Of a stretch of 64,000 nucleotides of DNA, positions 1 to 13,249 are shown piece by piece. The position numbers were made by a program, and so were the translations under genes. Source of the stretch: Octopus vulgaris (Eukaryota). Below the pieces are notes generated by a model. The model had not been told where the DNA came from, searched no databases, and was given only the letters and a program-made list of their open reading frames with translations. The stretch lies in the NCBI GenBank assembly GCA_951406725.2, contig OX597814.1, positions 35,092,001 through 35,156,000 of the forward strand, given 5' to 3'. Position 1 is the stretch's first letter, and every line of letters starts with the position of its first letter.

Positions 1-95
1 ATGCATACATACATACATACATACATACATACATACATACATACATACATACATACATAATACATACATACATAGATACATACATACATACATAA
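1..95. repeat. (CATA)n tetranucleotide microsatellite
   Basis: Directly visible tandem ACAT units. Confidence 0.95.
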
Positions 96-926
96 ATGCA
101 TGTTTGTGAGTCTGTATATATATCCGGAAACGTTCTCTGTGGGACAAGCCCGTTGTAGTTCAGGCTTCCACCGGTAGTACGGTAGTACTTACTTGAAGTG
201 ACCCTCACACATTAGTCTGCCGACCAGCGTCGTCTAGTGAGGTCGAACTGCCACGAAATGAAATGAAAGTAAAATAAAAAATGAAAGATCGAAACAAACG
301 ACGTAAAACGCATATTTATTTCATATAGTGTTTCAGAAGTTGACTATTGGTGTTGAGTTCATTCATCGTTCAATAGTATTTCTGCTGTGTCAATTGTACA
401 ATGAAGAAATTTTAAACATTAATTTTAATATTAACATTTATACTTCTCTCTGAAAAAGTATAGATAGAAGCATTTCGAGATTAACCTGAACAACAGTGAC
501 GAAATCGGATAAATATCGTCCGACAAAAGGAAGGTAGAAATACATTTACATTCAAGAATCAAACAACGAACGAAAATTCAAAGCTATTGGCGAAAAAATG
601 CATATCGAATTCAATAAGATGTCAAATGGACAATGCTAAACATATGTGTAATAGAAGCAGTGAACTTGCCTTAATACTAGTAAACGAAATGATAACTGGT
701 TCCATATTAATGACACCAAATTTAAAAAGGAACAGAATTCTGACAACATATTTATGAAAAAACTAATGCAAAAGCGACGACACAACACGACATCAGATTA
801 CATTGGTCTTCAAGGTTTATGGCGCTTAGAAAATAGACATCATTCCTATACAAATTCGGTCTCCTGAATCCAATATAACCTTCTTTTTGACCCATCAGAT
901 CTAGTTTTTAAGTTATTGAGCCTTAT

Positions 927-2263
927 AATCACATGGACGACTGCTATTTTTGTAACCTAAATTTGATGGGTATTAACCGGAAAAATCGACACACACACTT
1001 GTCTATCCTAATCTTGCCTCTGCTATTAGACTGATTCCACACAGTGAAGAGCTTCCTGTTTTCAATGTCTTGCCTCAGATAACTTTACCATCAACCAAAG
1101 AAGATTCATAACCTGCAGAGATCAAGACTTTCCGGTTGAGACTTTACCTCTGCTATTCTCCCAGGTAGAGTTGAAGGATCTAGTCCGTGACTTGAACCTC
1201 CCAAAAACTTTTGCAGAACTTTTGGCTTCCCGACTGAAAGAGAAAAATCTTCTAGAAAATGATGTCCGTAAATCTTCACAAAAGAGGAAGAGCTGGATTA
1301 CTGCAGAGATGTCAGTGGGCTTCTTAATAAACTTGGCATTGAGGAACACAAACCAGAGGAATGGCATCTTTTCATAGACATCTCTAAGTGTAGTTTAAAA
1401 TCTGTATTGTTGCACCGTGGAAATGTGTATGGCTCTGTCCCGCTCGGCCGCTCAACAACTCTGGAGGAAAAATGTGAAGAAATTAAGTTGGTGTTAGAGA
1501 AGATACTGTATCATGATTATAAATGGGGGTCATCTGCGTTGACTTAAAGATGGTGAATTTTCTCATTGGACAGCTTTCTTTGCCTGTGGGACAGTAGAGA
1601 CCAAGTAAACCATTATGTTAAGAAAGACTGGCCGCCTTGAACAAATATGGCTCCATTTAGAGCTGCCAATATATTGGAAGAAACTTTAGTTGAGCGAGAT
1701 AAGATCATTTTCCCTACTTTGCACATAAAACTCGGATTGATCAAGCAATTTGTCAAAGCTCTTGACAAAAATTGGAGAGTGCTTCAAGTATATCTGCAGT
1801 GTATTTCCAGACCTGAGGATTGAAAAACTTAAAGCAGGGATTTTTGATGGTCCAAATATCCGTAAGCTCTTGAAGGACATAAATTTCGTGAAAATGATGA
1901 GCGAAAATGAAGCATCAGCTTGGCTAGCCTTTGCAGAAGTGGTGCAAAATTTCCTTTGGAAACACAAAAGCGAAAACTATAAAGACCATGTTAGCAACTT
2001 GATATAAACTTTTCGTGATATTGGTGCGAATATGAGCATCAAAATGCATTATCTTTTTAGACATCTTGATCGTTTTCCTGAAAATCTCGGAGATGTTAGC
2101 AATGAACAAGGCGAACGATTCCATCAGGACATCAAGGAGATGGAAACTCGGGAACAAGGACATTGGGACGCTGTGATGATATCAGACTATTGCTGTGTTT
2201 AAAACGAGATACTCCTGTTGCTCAGCATTCACAGTGCACAAAGAAGCGTAAATTTATTCCTTG
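927..2263 (+). pseudogene. Chapaev-type transposase pseudogene (multiple frameshifts and stops)
   Basis: ORF fragments 1171-1377 and 1750-2007, plus motifs in adjacent frames, follow the Chapaev3 transposase motif order. Confidence 0.8.
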
Positions 2264-2352
2264 AATTTTCTGCCAAAAATCTTTGCCAATGTGCATTTTC
2301 AATTTTGAATTTTTATTTGTACTTTGTTTTGTTTTGTGTTACGCTCTCTTTA

Positions 2353-2584
2353 AAGGCGGCGAGCTGGCAGAATCGTTAGCACGCCGGGCGAAATGCGTAG
2401 CCGTATTTTGTCCGTCTTTACGTTCTGAGTTCAATTCCGCCGAGGTCGACTTTGCCTTTCATCCTTTCGGGGTCGATTAAATAAGTACCAGTTACGCACT
2501 GGGGTCGATGTAATCGACTTAATACCTATGTCTGTCCTTGTTTGTCCACTCTATATTTAGCCCCTTGTGGGTAATAAATAAATA
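2353..2584 (+). mobile_element. tRNA-derived SINE, family A (Nin/Deu-like core), full length, nested in the Chapaev element
   Basis: Head GGCGGCGAGCTGGCAGAATCG with A-box, B-box-like GAGTTCAATTCC, and core GTCGACTTTGCCTTTCATCCTTTCGGGGTCGAT. A 15-bp TSD GTTACGCTCTCTTTA lies at 2338-2352 and 2585-2599. Confidence 0.92.
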
Positions 2585-3619
2585 GTTACGCTCTCTTTAT
2601 TGATTCATATTATATACATCTTGTATGTATAATATACTTACTCTATCAGGTCTAGCCAGAAAACTAGACCTGATAGAGAAAAAATCTTATGTTATTTTTG
2701 AATTTAGCAGGCATTATCACTTAAGAATTCGTTGAAATATTCCAAGCACCAGACAAAAAAAAAACATTTGTTGCCCAGTGCTATAAATGTTCACAACAAT
2801 ATACCCTGTAAAGGTCAACTTCGAAATTTAAAGTGAATTGTTTTCAAAGAAGCAATAAGAACAATTCACAAATTAGTACTACGTCAACAAGAAGAAATAT
2901 TTTTCGAGATATAATGAATTTATTTCCAACAATAAGAAATAATCAGATAAATATATTTGAAACTCTTCCAAAGAATATGGAATCCGTAAGTATATTTTGA
3001 TAATCTTAGTAACGAAAATCGCACTTCAAATCATACAGACGGAGCTTGGAAGAAAATAAACAAAAATACCATGGGTAATAAATTTATCCAAGAAAATAAT
3101 GACAATGCAACAAATCTATATAGCAACAAAAGGACAAACGTTTAGCTAACATTACCGTAATCTACATACAATGAAGCTGAGATATATCAGAATTCGGTAA
3201 AAAATTGCAAATCACTGAAGTATTATTTGATAAGAATAACGAAGACGAATCACATGTTAAAAAAAAAAGGAACTGTTGTGCACGGAATATTCGGAATAAC
3301 ACACTTGATTTTTATTACAAAATTTAAAATTTTCGATACAAGTATGTTAAATTTTTGTATTATTGAATGAAAAATTGTAATGAGAAGGAATTGACAATAT
3401 AAGAAACCAATAATGGGAGTGAAATTATATCGATTAATATCGAATATTGTAACAATCTGGTGTATCCTTGCTTGAAGTGCATATACACTACGAAAAGGTT
3501 AAAAGCTACAACCAACATAATGTAATGAAACAAATCACAAAACGTTGTTATATTTTTATCGAAAGGAGTGATCGATATAAAATGTGACTATATAAGTAAT
3601 TTTAAACATACTAAGGTCA

Positions 3620-4795
3620 ATTTAAGCTTTTATAGGCTGACTAAGATACTTGCATAGGATGTGATCAAATGAGGTTTACTTCTTCAACATAAACCCCGTG
3701 CTGTTCATGCACTTCTGCTTGAATACCACTGGTGAAGAGGTTTTCATCTTTTCCGTCAAAATGTCATCAACAGCAAATATGACGTCAACATCAGTGCGAC
3801 ACTGGTTCCCACCAAGTGTTTCTTTTTTATCTTCCGAAACAGATGAAAGTCGGATGGGGCCAAGTCAGGAGAATGGGAGGTTGATCAACTAGTTCAAAAC
3901 CAGTCACTCACAGTGAAACCAACGTCTCGTGTGCAGCAGCACTGTCCGGATGAAACAAGATGCTTTTCGTTAGTTTTCCCGGGTGTTTGGTCTTGATAGC
4001 CTTTTGTAACTATCTCAGGAAGTTGGCATAGTACTCTTTATTGATGGTGTACCCATTTTCAAGATACTCAATAAATACAATGCCTTTACATCCCCCCCCC
4101 CAAATCTGAGGCCATCACATCACCTTCCCTGCAGATGAAGTAACCTTAGCCTTCTTTGGAGTTGGTGGGGGAGGCGTATTTTCATTGCATGGATTGTATC
4201 TTCGTCTCTGGCTCAAAGCGATATAGCCAACTCTTACCGTGGGTTACGGAACGTTCAAGGAAACCAGCTGGATCTGCCCGAAACAATGTCACATTTTCCC
4301 GTGATTTGAGCAGCTGGTGCATTTTTGATCAGGTGCTAGAAGACGTGGCACCCACCGAGCAGAAACCTTCGTCATGTCAAGTTCATTGCGTATTGTGCAG
4401 AATATTCTCAACTCTCCACGGGAGAGAATTCGGTATTTGGTTTACGGTCAGTCGCCTGTCACCCATCGCCATATTGTGAACACGATCAATGCTTTCCTCG
4501 GTGGTGTTAGTTGCAGGATGCCCGGATATTGGCTCATTTTCAAGACTCTCATGTCCTTTCCTAAATTCAGCTGCCCACTGTTGCACTATTGATAAAGCTT
4601 GAGTGCCATCCTCTAACGTATCAACCGTGTCAGTACGAATGTCCTTGGGGACTATACCATTTTTTTATGCATGTACTTAACAATGGATGCCAAATTTTGT
4701 CCATTTTTAAGAGAAGCCGATACTAGTGACATTTGAAGTGTTCTTTGAACAGCTAGATGTGAGTTTACCTGGAAAGAAACAATGCAGTTATTTAC
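3620..4795 (-). mobile_element. Decayed mariner (Tc1/mariner) transposon
   Basis: ORF 4383-4586 (QQWAAEFRKGHESLENEPISGHPATNTTEESIDRVH..DRRLTV) is a mariner HTH region. WVPR-like and SPDLAPSD-like motifs follow downstream on the minus strand. Homologous to the copy at 37437-38790. Confidence 0.85.
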
Positions 4796-5092
4796 ACTTT
4801 CCATGTTAATTCGCGCGCGCGAACCAACATGGAACGTGGAAACAAGAGTAAAGGAGAAATAAATATGGAAATTTTCTCAGACATGGAGGCCAGTGTTTTT
4901 CAGTGTGTTTAAAGTTCAAGGACTTTAAATTCCATGGTACTACTCTTCAAGTTCCTAGTTATGCTAGTGATAACTGCATATCTCTAATGAAAAACAACAT
5001 ATAAGTGACACAAAGATGCTCTGCGTGTGTGTAAGTATACAGATATAGACACACACACATACACACACAGAGTAGACATTGTCCTAACATTA

Positions 5093-5314
5093 TCTATTTC
5101 TTTACTACCCACAAGGGGCTAAACACAGAGAGGACAAACAAGAACAGACAAACGGATTAAGTCGATTATATCGATCCCAGTGCGTAACTGGTACTTATTT
5201 AATCGACCCCGAAAGGATGAAAGGCAAAGTCGACCTCGGCGGAATTTGAACTCAGAACGTAACGGCAGACGAAATACGGCTACACATTTCGCCCGGCGTG
5301 CTATCGTTTCTGCC
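5093..5314 (-). mobile_element. SINE family A copy
   Basis: Reverse complement of the family A consensus, including the tail CCCCTTGTGGGTAGTAAAGAAATA. Confidence 0.9.
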
Positions 5315-6079
5315 TATCGCCCATCTGTTGATGTCACCCCGTTTTTACTATAAACATTATCTCTTTCACACCCCGTTAAACCCTTCCCTATTTCCCTTAT
5401 CCCTCCCTCATAGTTTGCCTACTCTCTTTTACAATCATTTTGTTTCTCTTTATTTTTGTCCCTTATAATTCGTCTACTTATTACAACCACCGCTGGGGCC
5501 CAATCCCCAAATTATTCAACTCCATTCTAACTTCTGCATTTAGAAATTCGTTTGAAGCTAATCGCTTTCACTGCTCATCTCTTCCTCGTGTTATAAGACG
5601 ATAAATTTATTTGCCTTCATTTCACATTATTCCTCGGTGTGCATGGTTTTTCTGTACCTCGAGGAAAGACTACAGAAATTCGCTCGCGCACACATACATT
5701 TCGATGTGTGTGTGTGTGTGTGTGTGTGTTATTCTTACTTTCGCACTGTTGCTGCTAATTTAGAAATCGGAGTGAGGAAGAGACTCTTTGTTAGTTTGGA
5801 CTTGTCTGAAAAACTATCTGCCCAAAGGAACCTCCCGAGTAGCAGGCACTGGACCGGCCTAAACAAACTACGCACTCACATACACAAAAACAACTGGTGT
5901 TCGTTTGATACGCCACCATTACGTTCGGTCATTACAAAAGAGAACGACAGCTTAAGTGAGTACTGGAATATATTTGATCCATTAACCATTTCAAAGGTAG
6001 TGTTCCAGTATGACCGGAGTCAATCGACTAGGTAATTAAAATAATAAAAGAAGAAAATAGCTCTCAGATATGCCTCTCT

Positions 6080-6265
6080 TTTTCTTTCTCTCTCTCTCTT
6101 TCTGTACACACACACACATATATATATATATATACAAACAGACACGCACACACGCACACACACACACACACACATACACACACATACACACATATATATG
6201 CTTGTATGCGGGTGCGCACACACAAACACATACATACACGCGCGCACGGACACACGCGCACGGAC

Positions 6266-6341
<76 letters not shown>

Positions 6342-6506
6342 GAGAAACAGAGAGAGAGAGAAAGATTCAAAATGAGAACCGGCAAAGAAAGAGGTAATGG
6401 CGACAAAGAAACGGAGGAGATAGTATGAGAGAAGAGGAGAGAGAGAGTAATCAATCGATTTCCTGAGGAGAATTGAATGAATGATCTGACGCATACACGA
6501 TTACTA

Positions 6507-6559
<53 letters not shown>

Positions 6560-6565
6560 TGCACA
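6080..6565. repeat. Compound CT/CA/TA/GA microsatellites
   Basis: Visible dinucleotide runs that generate spurious CV/HT ORFs. Confidence 0.9.
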
Positions 6566-8599
6566 GTGTTGCAGACAATTTTGTTTGCGTGTGTGTGCGA
6601 ATGTATGTGGCTGTGCGTGTTTATAAACCTACAACTTTGTTGTAGCCAGAGATGGGTGGACCCACAAATTACTGATGCTTCGCTACGCTAGAATGCAACA
6701 AGAGCACGATATTTGCCTCCGCTGAATTGCTGGTATGTTTCAGAATATGGCTAACCATAACTAATTAGCAATGCAGTCAGGTCTTTTCTTAATTTTGTTC
6801 TTTTTTACACATGACTTCATTGAATATTTCGAAACCAAATGTCAATCATAAATATTACAAGTGACAGTTTATAGATACAAACCTCTCTCTCTCTCCCCTT
6901 CTCTCCCCCCCTCTCTCTCTCAATTCCCAGCAGTGAAAGCCAACATATGTTACACACGCACACGCATTGTTTTGAGTCATTCATATAGCTGATTAAACAT
7001 TATTTAGTGCATTGCTTAAAGTTTTCGGGATGCTTGGCTAGCGTGGCTTGCTAACGTAGAATGAACGAAACTAATAAAGCGTTGAGTTAGACGAAAGAGT
7101 AAAAAGGAAAAGAAGAACGATGATAAACACAGTCGCTGGTGTTAGTAGTAGTAGTAGTAGTAGTTGTTGTTGTTGTGGTGGTGGTGGCGTATATATTGGC
7201 AATGGTTATAGTGGTGGTAAAGGAGGTGAAGGTAATGATGATAACAGTAACGACAATGATTATGATAACGTTTGACTTGGTACAAGTGTTTTGTTTTTAA
7301 TGAAATGTTGGAATATAGTCGATGTACTACACAGTATTATATTACAGCTTTTTGATTCACCAACAAGGCGCTGCTACGTGGTTACTTGATCTAAAAGAAG
7401 CAGCAACCAGTCATACTCAACCGTGTTAAATAAGGAAAACGGTACTTTTTATAACGCAGCCCTACATAAACTTAGATAAACTTAGATATGTTTCGACCAG
7501 AGATTGGTCCAGGCCATGTCTTACTTAATAGCACCACCTGATAGGATTATTCGAATCCTGTTTAAGTCAAGTTTTGTTCAAGTAGTGAGTTCTTGTTGGG
7601 TGAGTTGTATCCAATTATGGGTGGCTTATCTGGTATTCTTTGAAGGAATCTATCCAGGAATCTACATATACCTACACATTCCTAAAACACAGAATGGTCG
7701 TCGTTAGGCAACATTTTGTTCATAGGTCTGCTTTATAGGAGTTGATATAAAAGTAAACAACAAGAACACAATAGAAGTGGGAAAGTTTTAAAAAATTTTC
7801 TAATACAATGTGACTCTCCTCTATGCTATTCTGATTTGTTTCATGTCAAAGCTAGAGCAACAAAAACATAGGAAATAAACTCATCTCTTACTCTACTACC
7901 TCACTCTATCTGTTTAAACACATAACATTTCTTGCGTAAATTTCTTTGATATCTGAAATTTAGCAAAATAACTCTTATAAAGACGAGGTTACGACAGCGA
8001 ATTATCAGAATGGTAAGAACGATGAACAAAATTCATTGCAGTATTTGGTCCGAATATCTATTCTCCTTGTTCAATTCATATGAAGATCACATTTATTTTT
8101 CATCCTTTTGAAAACAATAAAATAAAATCCGAGTCCAACATGGAGGATAAGTAGAATTATTAGAGCGTTGGCTGATAGACCCTGTAATATTTGATCCGGT
8201 GCTGTGCTTTCTGAGATGTTGTGTAGTAAACGTAATCTTCCAATCTATTTAACAAAGCCAACTGATCCTTTGGTGTCTTTATTGGAGTTCAATCCACTGC
8301 AAGCATTCAGGATAAGTCTTCCGTTTGAGGATAACTTCTTTCTTTTTTTCCAACTGTTTTAAAATCCCTAAAGACATAAAATGGTTATGAGTACTGTCCT
8401 TCTCTCCGTGTCAGGACGGTAAGAAATACCCGATTATACTGTATAGGCAGTTATTATCCTTTCTGAACACCTTAATTTTTTCTAGTTTGCAAGTATATAC
8501 CTCAGTTTCTGGAAAATCAACCTCTCTAACTACCATTAGCTCACTTTCCTACTCTCATTACCTCCTATGCCACTTATATCTCCCTCCCTCAATGAACAG

Positions 8600-8712
8600 G
8601 AACTTTACCGGAGTCTTGTTAGTAGTATCCTGCCTTTCAAAACTTCAGTGAAATCAGTATTGCGTCTCTTAATATCAGCAAAACCTTTCGCAGTGTTAGC
8701 ATGAGAAGTTTA
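8600..8712 (+). mobile_element. Very old LINE (CR1/L2-group) RT fragment
   Basis: Translates to EISIASLNISKTFRSV, resembling the ALDISKAFDRV RT motif. A possible continuation INNVPRWGS (GVPQGS-like) lies near 9097-9125, beyond the SINE/tRNA insertion. Confidence 0.35.
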
Positions 8713-8715
8713 AAT

Positions 8716-8950
8716 ATTTATTTCTTTACTACCCACTAGGGGCTAAACATAGAGGGGACAAACAAGGACAGACAAAGGGATTAAGTCGATTACATCGACC
8801 CCAGTGCGAGACTGGTACTTTATTTATCGACCCCGAAAGGATGAAAGGCAAAGTCGACCTCGGCGGAATTTGAACTCAGAACGTAACAACAGACGAAATA
8901 CCGCTAAGCATTTCGTCCGGCGTGCTAACGTTACTGCCAGCTCGCCGTCT
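8716..8950 (-). mobile_element. SINE family A copy, full length
   Basis: Reverse complement of the head, core and GGGTAGTAAAGAAATA tail. Confidence 0.92.
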
Positions 8951-8973
8951 TGAAATAAAGGCAGAGTTAACGT

Positions 8974-9045
8974 CTCCCCGGCGGGAAATCGAACCCCGGT
9001 CTCCCACGTGACAGGCGGGGATACTTACCATTATACTACCGATAT
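8974..9045 (-). pseudogene. tRNA-Asp(GTC) pseudogene
   Basis: The minus strand reads ATATCGGTAGTATAATGGTAAGTATCCCCGCCTGTCACGTGGGAGACCGGGGTTCGATTTCCCGCCGGGGAG, a near-canonical metazoan tRNA-Asp. The first three acceptor bases are ATA instead of TCC, and there are substitutions in the D-loop, anticodon stem and T stem. Confidence 0.88.
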
Positions 9046-11299
9046 TATCTTTCATTATGTAGGCTCTACATGTCTCTCAATTCTATGAATTGATCTATTA
9101 ACAACGTACCTCGGTGGGGCTCATTCCTACCCACACATCAGGTAATATTTCTAACACTATTTTGCTAGATATTATATTGCTATCGTCTGTATCTTATAGT
9201 CCCACTCCTTTGAGCAAATGCGAGTTCCTATGTGGCCACTGAATCTGCTAAACATAACTTCCAAGTGTCCGCAAATCAGAGTCTTAAACAAAAGAACATT
9301 TTGGATTGGATGAGATGATCACAGACACAGCAACTCTAATCATAGTTATATTTAATCGCAGTTAATCTAGATGCAAAACAACAATAATATGTTCTCCCAT
9401 GTTGATGACACACACTTTACTACTCTTTAATTTTTCCCGTCCATACATAACTTATACGATTGAAATATATCAAGATAAAAATCTTTAGAGAACCAGCATA
9501 AGATATCGGTGTACACAAAGTGTTCGTTCTCACTCAAAGGTCACTGGATAAACCATTGATCTATAACATTGTCCAAATTTTCCAGGGAAACACACCATCA
9601 ATTCAATCGACCAAGGATAATCGATATTGGAAAAAAGAAGAAAAAAGCAACAAAATATAACCAAGCCAGAATTATAAGTCAAAAGAGATAACGTTAAATG
9701 TAAGAAAAAAAAATCGCTAAACATTTTAGTGTTTCTGAGACACCACTGCTTTTAGAACACTGCTTTCGACGTTCACATTTACACTGTCAGAGGTCAACAA
9801 AATAATTAACCGCTATCAATATAATTAGTGCAATTGATTTCATCGAACACCTTTTCAACAAATGTCGCGACCATCATCAATATTGTCTGTTAAAAAGGAA
9901 AGTTTCGGTCGACTATACCGCAAAGTGCAAATATGCGGATTTCAGAAATATATCATTCTACATTGCTTCGTAATATATGCACAGAGTATACAAGTTTTAT
10001 GTAAGAGGTTTAGGTGAATTATATTGGATTCGATTGCATTTCTTAAGTGGTACGTGAAATGGAATTCTGCACGAACTCGGGGCACTGCATCATAAACTGA
10101 CAAATACCAGCTTCCACCCATCGCAATATTTTTGAGGCTGAAGTACTCTCGTCATTATGAATTAGAAAAGGAAAAAGGCCTTGCCTTTTTATTCGATATG
10201 GTGATGAACAACTTTGAAAAATTGGAAACTATCGTAATTTTATTAAACATGGCAATTTGTTCAAATATTTTAAAATCCTCACCACCCCCTTCTATAAGAA
10301 AAATTATTAAGTTGGATGGAAATTAAAATCAACTGAAAACATAAACGTCGTAATTAAATAACGCATATGTTCATTGTAACTATCAACTACATCCTTTAGA
10401 GTATACTATACGCTGGTCATATATCGATCATTACATATATTTCATAGACGGGAAGACTGGAGCAGAAGAGAAATTTCTAGCGACCTCTAAGTCATTTTAT
10501 TTACACACCATTACTATAAACTTTAAAATACTTTTGTAAAATCTATAAACCAATCAAAACAGAAAGTAAAATGATAAATATTCAGCCGTACCTGTGTGTG
10601 TCTGTGTTTTGATTCATAGTTAAGGTTTTCTTCAATTTAAGCTGCTTATGCGTTTACGAGGAATAACCCTGAGTGTTAAAAATACCACTCTACTTCTCTT
10701 TGAGAATACAGTACCTCTGTTTCTTGTGACAACTTAAACAAAACTATTATAACAATATAAAACTCTGCAGTGTATAATCACACTGTTTTCTTGCTCGGGA
10801 AATACACGTTGTAAAATAGTTTCAATTCCCAATGTAACCTTTTAATTCCGTTTCATTACTAACGACCCTGACAAAGTTAGGGTCATTGAAAAAAAGAAAT
10901 AAAACGATCTCGTTATGATTTATCAATAAATTTCTTACACGTATAATTAACTAATTATTATTGCAAGTTAAGTGTGGTATCAGTTCGTAGAGTTATTTCG
11001 GGGCACCCTAATCTTGGTGGTTATTTGCTCATTATATTAACGGTAATTTATGTGTTCATTTATCTACTATCATTGTACACATATATATACATAAATGTGT
11101 ATATAATGCATAGACGAGTTATGATTATATTTTTTTAGATATAATGTATTATGTAGTGAGTTCATTGAAATGCATTTTATTCTTAATTGCATTGCACAGT
11201 ATAGTTTTTGTCGCTTCATTACTTAGGTAGCAAACAAAGAAATTATCATCATCACAACACTCATTAACATTATTAATTACATGAAAGTAGATAACTCGA

Positions 11300-11640
11300 A
11301 AAAATTAGTCGCTTCTGTAGGTATGAGGAGTGTATAACCAGGGACGTGGCGATTAACTAATTCATTTATGAAACGTAGTAAAATAGCCAGAAGCTATAAA
11401 AAATTCCACCATGGATATGAAAGAAAATTCATTGGGAAACGTGCAATAAAAAATAATGACTAAGGCGTAATTGATAAATGGTATGAGCATCAATCAGAAA
11501 TAATAATGGAGAATGCCCAAAGTAAAATTTGGTCTGACTTTGCTTTGCAAACAAATTATATTATTGAGGTGCTTTAGTAGTAATTAATAACCAGAAAAAA
11601 TGGTACATGTCTATTAATTGAGTTTGTTATTTATTTTAAC
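11300..11640 (+). mobile_element. Highly degenerate R4/Dong-type RLE retrotransposon 3' fragment
   Basis: KWYEHQSEIIMENAQSKIWSDFALQTNYIIE parallels the KWYRHTPEKVTENENATKIWDMPIHTD segment of the element at 17579-19845. Confidence 0.55.
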
Positions 11641-13249
11641 AATGTAATTTTCCCAGAGAAAACGCTCGGAAAAATATGTAGCGTGATATAACTTTGGAAA
11701 TACAAGCAGTACGGAATGTTGATATATCTATGCTATCTATTTTAATTCGTTCAGTGAAGGCATTAATACCAAAGTTCTTTCTGGAATAATATTTTGCTGT
11801 ATCCCGAAACAAAGAAGGTGTTTTATAATTCGACACAGCAAATGAGCCAGTGAAAAATGTTTTCGGCGAGCCAATGCTTCTAAAGTCTTGGCGGTCAGCG
11901 ACACAAATGACAAAATATATTGATAGAAAAAAAAAACGGAGCTCTTTAGAAGACATTATAAAAACAGAAATGATAAAATTAAAGATGTTTTACTTAGCAT
12001 TCCATTAAGCAATGATTTACTGGGGAGTTGCTGAGACCATGCTGTTATTTTGCCTTATAAATAGGATGTGTGTAGGCTAACATTATCTAATGTATTTAAC
12101 GGACATAGCCTTTAAGATTGGCATGATGAAAGAATAAAATATTTGAATGTAATTTAATTTCATTTGGTTTTATTTACAGTATTAATCTAATTTGATTGTA
12201 CAGATCTGTAAAAATCCATGTCAAGGTTTGTTGACAAGGTAATACATTTTGTGAACATTGCTATAATAATTACTAATGTATAATGCTTTGAGGTAATGAA
12301 ACGGTAGTGTTAGTGTAAAAGATTTAAGTATTTGCTACACCGAAGTATTTCCCTACCGAGTAGGGCCAATAAGTACTATTCATATACAAAGTTTAATGTA
12401 ATTTACTGCAGTTCTTTCTGTAATTTCTGAGAAAAGTAAAAAACAATCTACATATAACTTGTAGCAACATAAATTTTTACAATAAATGAGAGCCTTTTGT
12501 CATTAACATGATGTTTAGTGTATATTTAAGATTCTCTTTTTATCATCTTTACATCGTCTTTATTTTCAAAATTTGTTATGATGGTGGACGAATAGGGAAT
12601 AATATTTGTTCTATCACCTGATTTACCTGAGAACTTGCACTGTATGACATAAGCAGGACTCTTATACATACATACATACATACATACATACATACACATC
12701 ATTCAGAAAAATATATACTTACTAGATATATTGCTTTGTAAATGTAAACTATCGAAATATAAGGTGTGTTGTTGGTAGGAAGTAGTACAGAAGATGTTTT
12801 CCTAAACAAAACAAGAAGTGCTGCAAAAATAAGAATGAATATCTGAAATGTTTCATGTTGGTGTTGAACTTCTTTAAAAAAAAACAACTTCCTCATCAAC
12901 GAAAGCATGAGATTAATAACCTAAAGTAGACAAATTGAATATTGCTTTCAATGTTTAACTTGAATCATACTATGTTACATTATTGTGATGAATCTGTCAC
13001 GAGTTTATAAAGTTTGTACGACGGAAAATATAAATTCTGTATATAGATATAAAATGAAATTATCATCATGGAATTTGAGTAGAAGATCCAAGAAAAGAAC
13101 ACAGAGCGTAGGTTAAAAAAAGCGATAGTAAATCGGTTCACCTCTCTGCAGTCATTCTGTCAACCCCTTCTGGACGCTGCATTAACCTTCGTTCCAGCCA
13201 TTCCTCCTCTGAACTTCAACCTTTTGGAATTCTCTTCATGCACCTACTT

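Larger units (their letters stand above)
801..2780 (+). mobile_element. Decayed Chapaev3-like (CMC superfamily) DNA transposon, internally deleted
   Basis: Termini are CATTGG.. at 801 and ..TTGCCCAGTG at 2780 (CAC..GTG type), with imperfect subterminal inverted repeats at ~851-908 and ~2659-2715 and flanks tta/cta. The frameshifted transposase includes DDCYFC..YPNLASAIRLIPHSEELPV, DLVRDLNLPK..AELLASRLKEKNLL, LHIKLGLIKQFVKALDK, GIFDGPNIRKL, HLDRFPENLGDVSNEQGERFHQDI and SDYC. Confidence 0.8.

Noticed and set aside
6020-6556. Long Cys/Val or His/Thr-rich ORFs here and at 20809-21618, 26703-28211, 49531-49919 and similar sites
   Set aside because: They are translations of CA/GT/TA microsatellites that happen to lack stop codons; there is no coding signature.
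8974-9045. Functional tRNA-Asp gene
   Set aside because: The first three acceptor-stem pairs are disrupted and there are further substitutions, so it is called a pseudogene.
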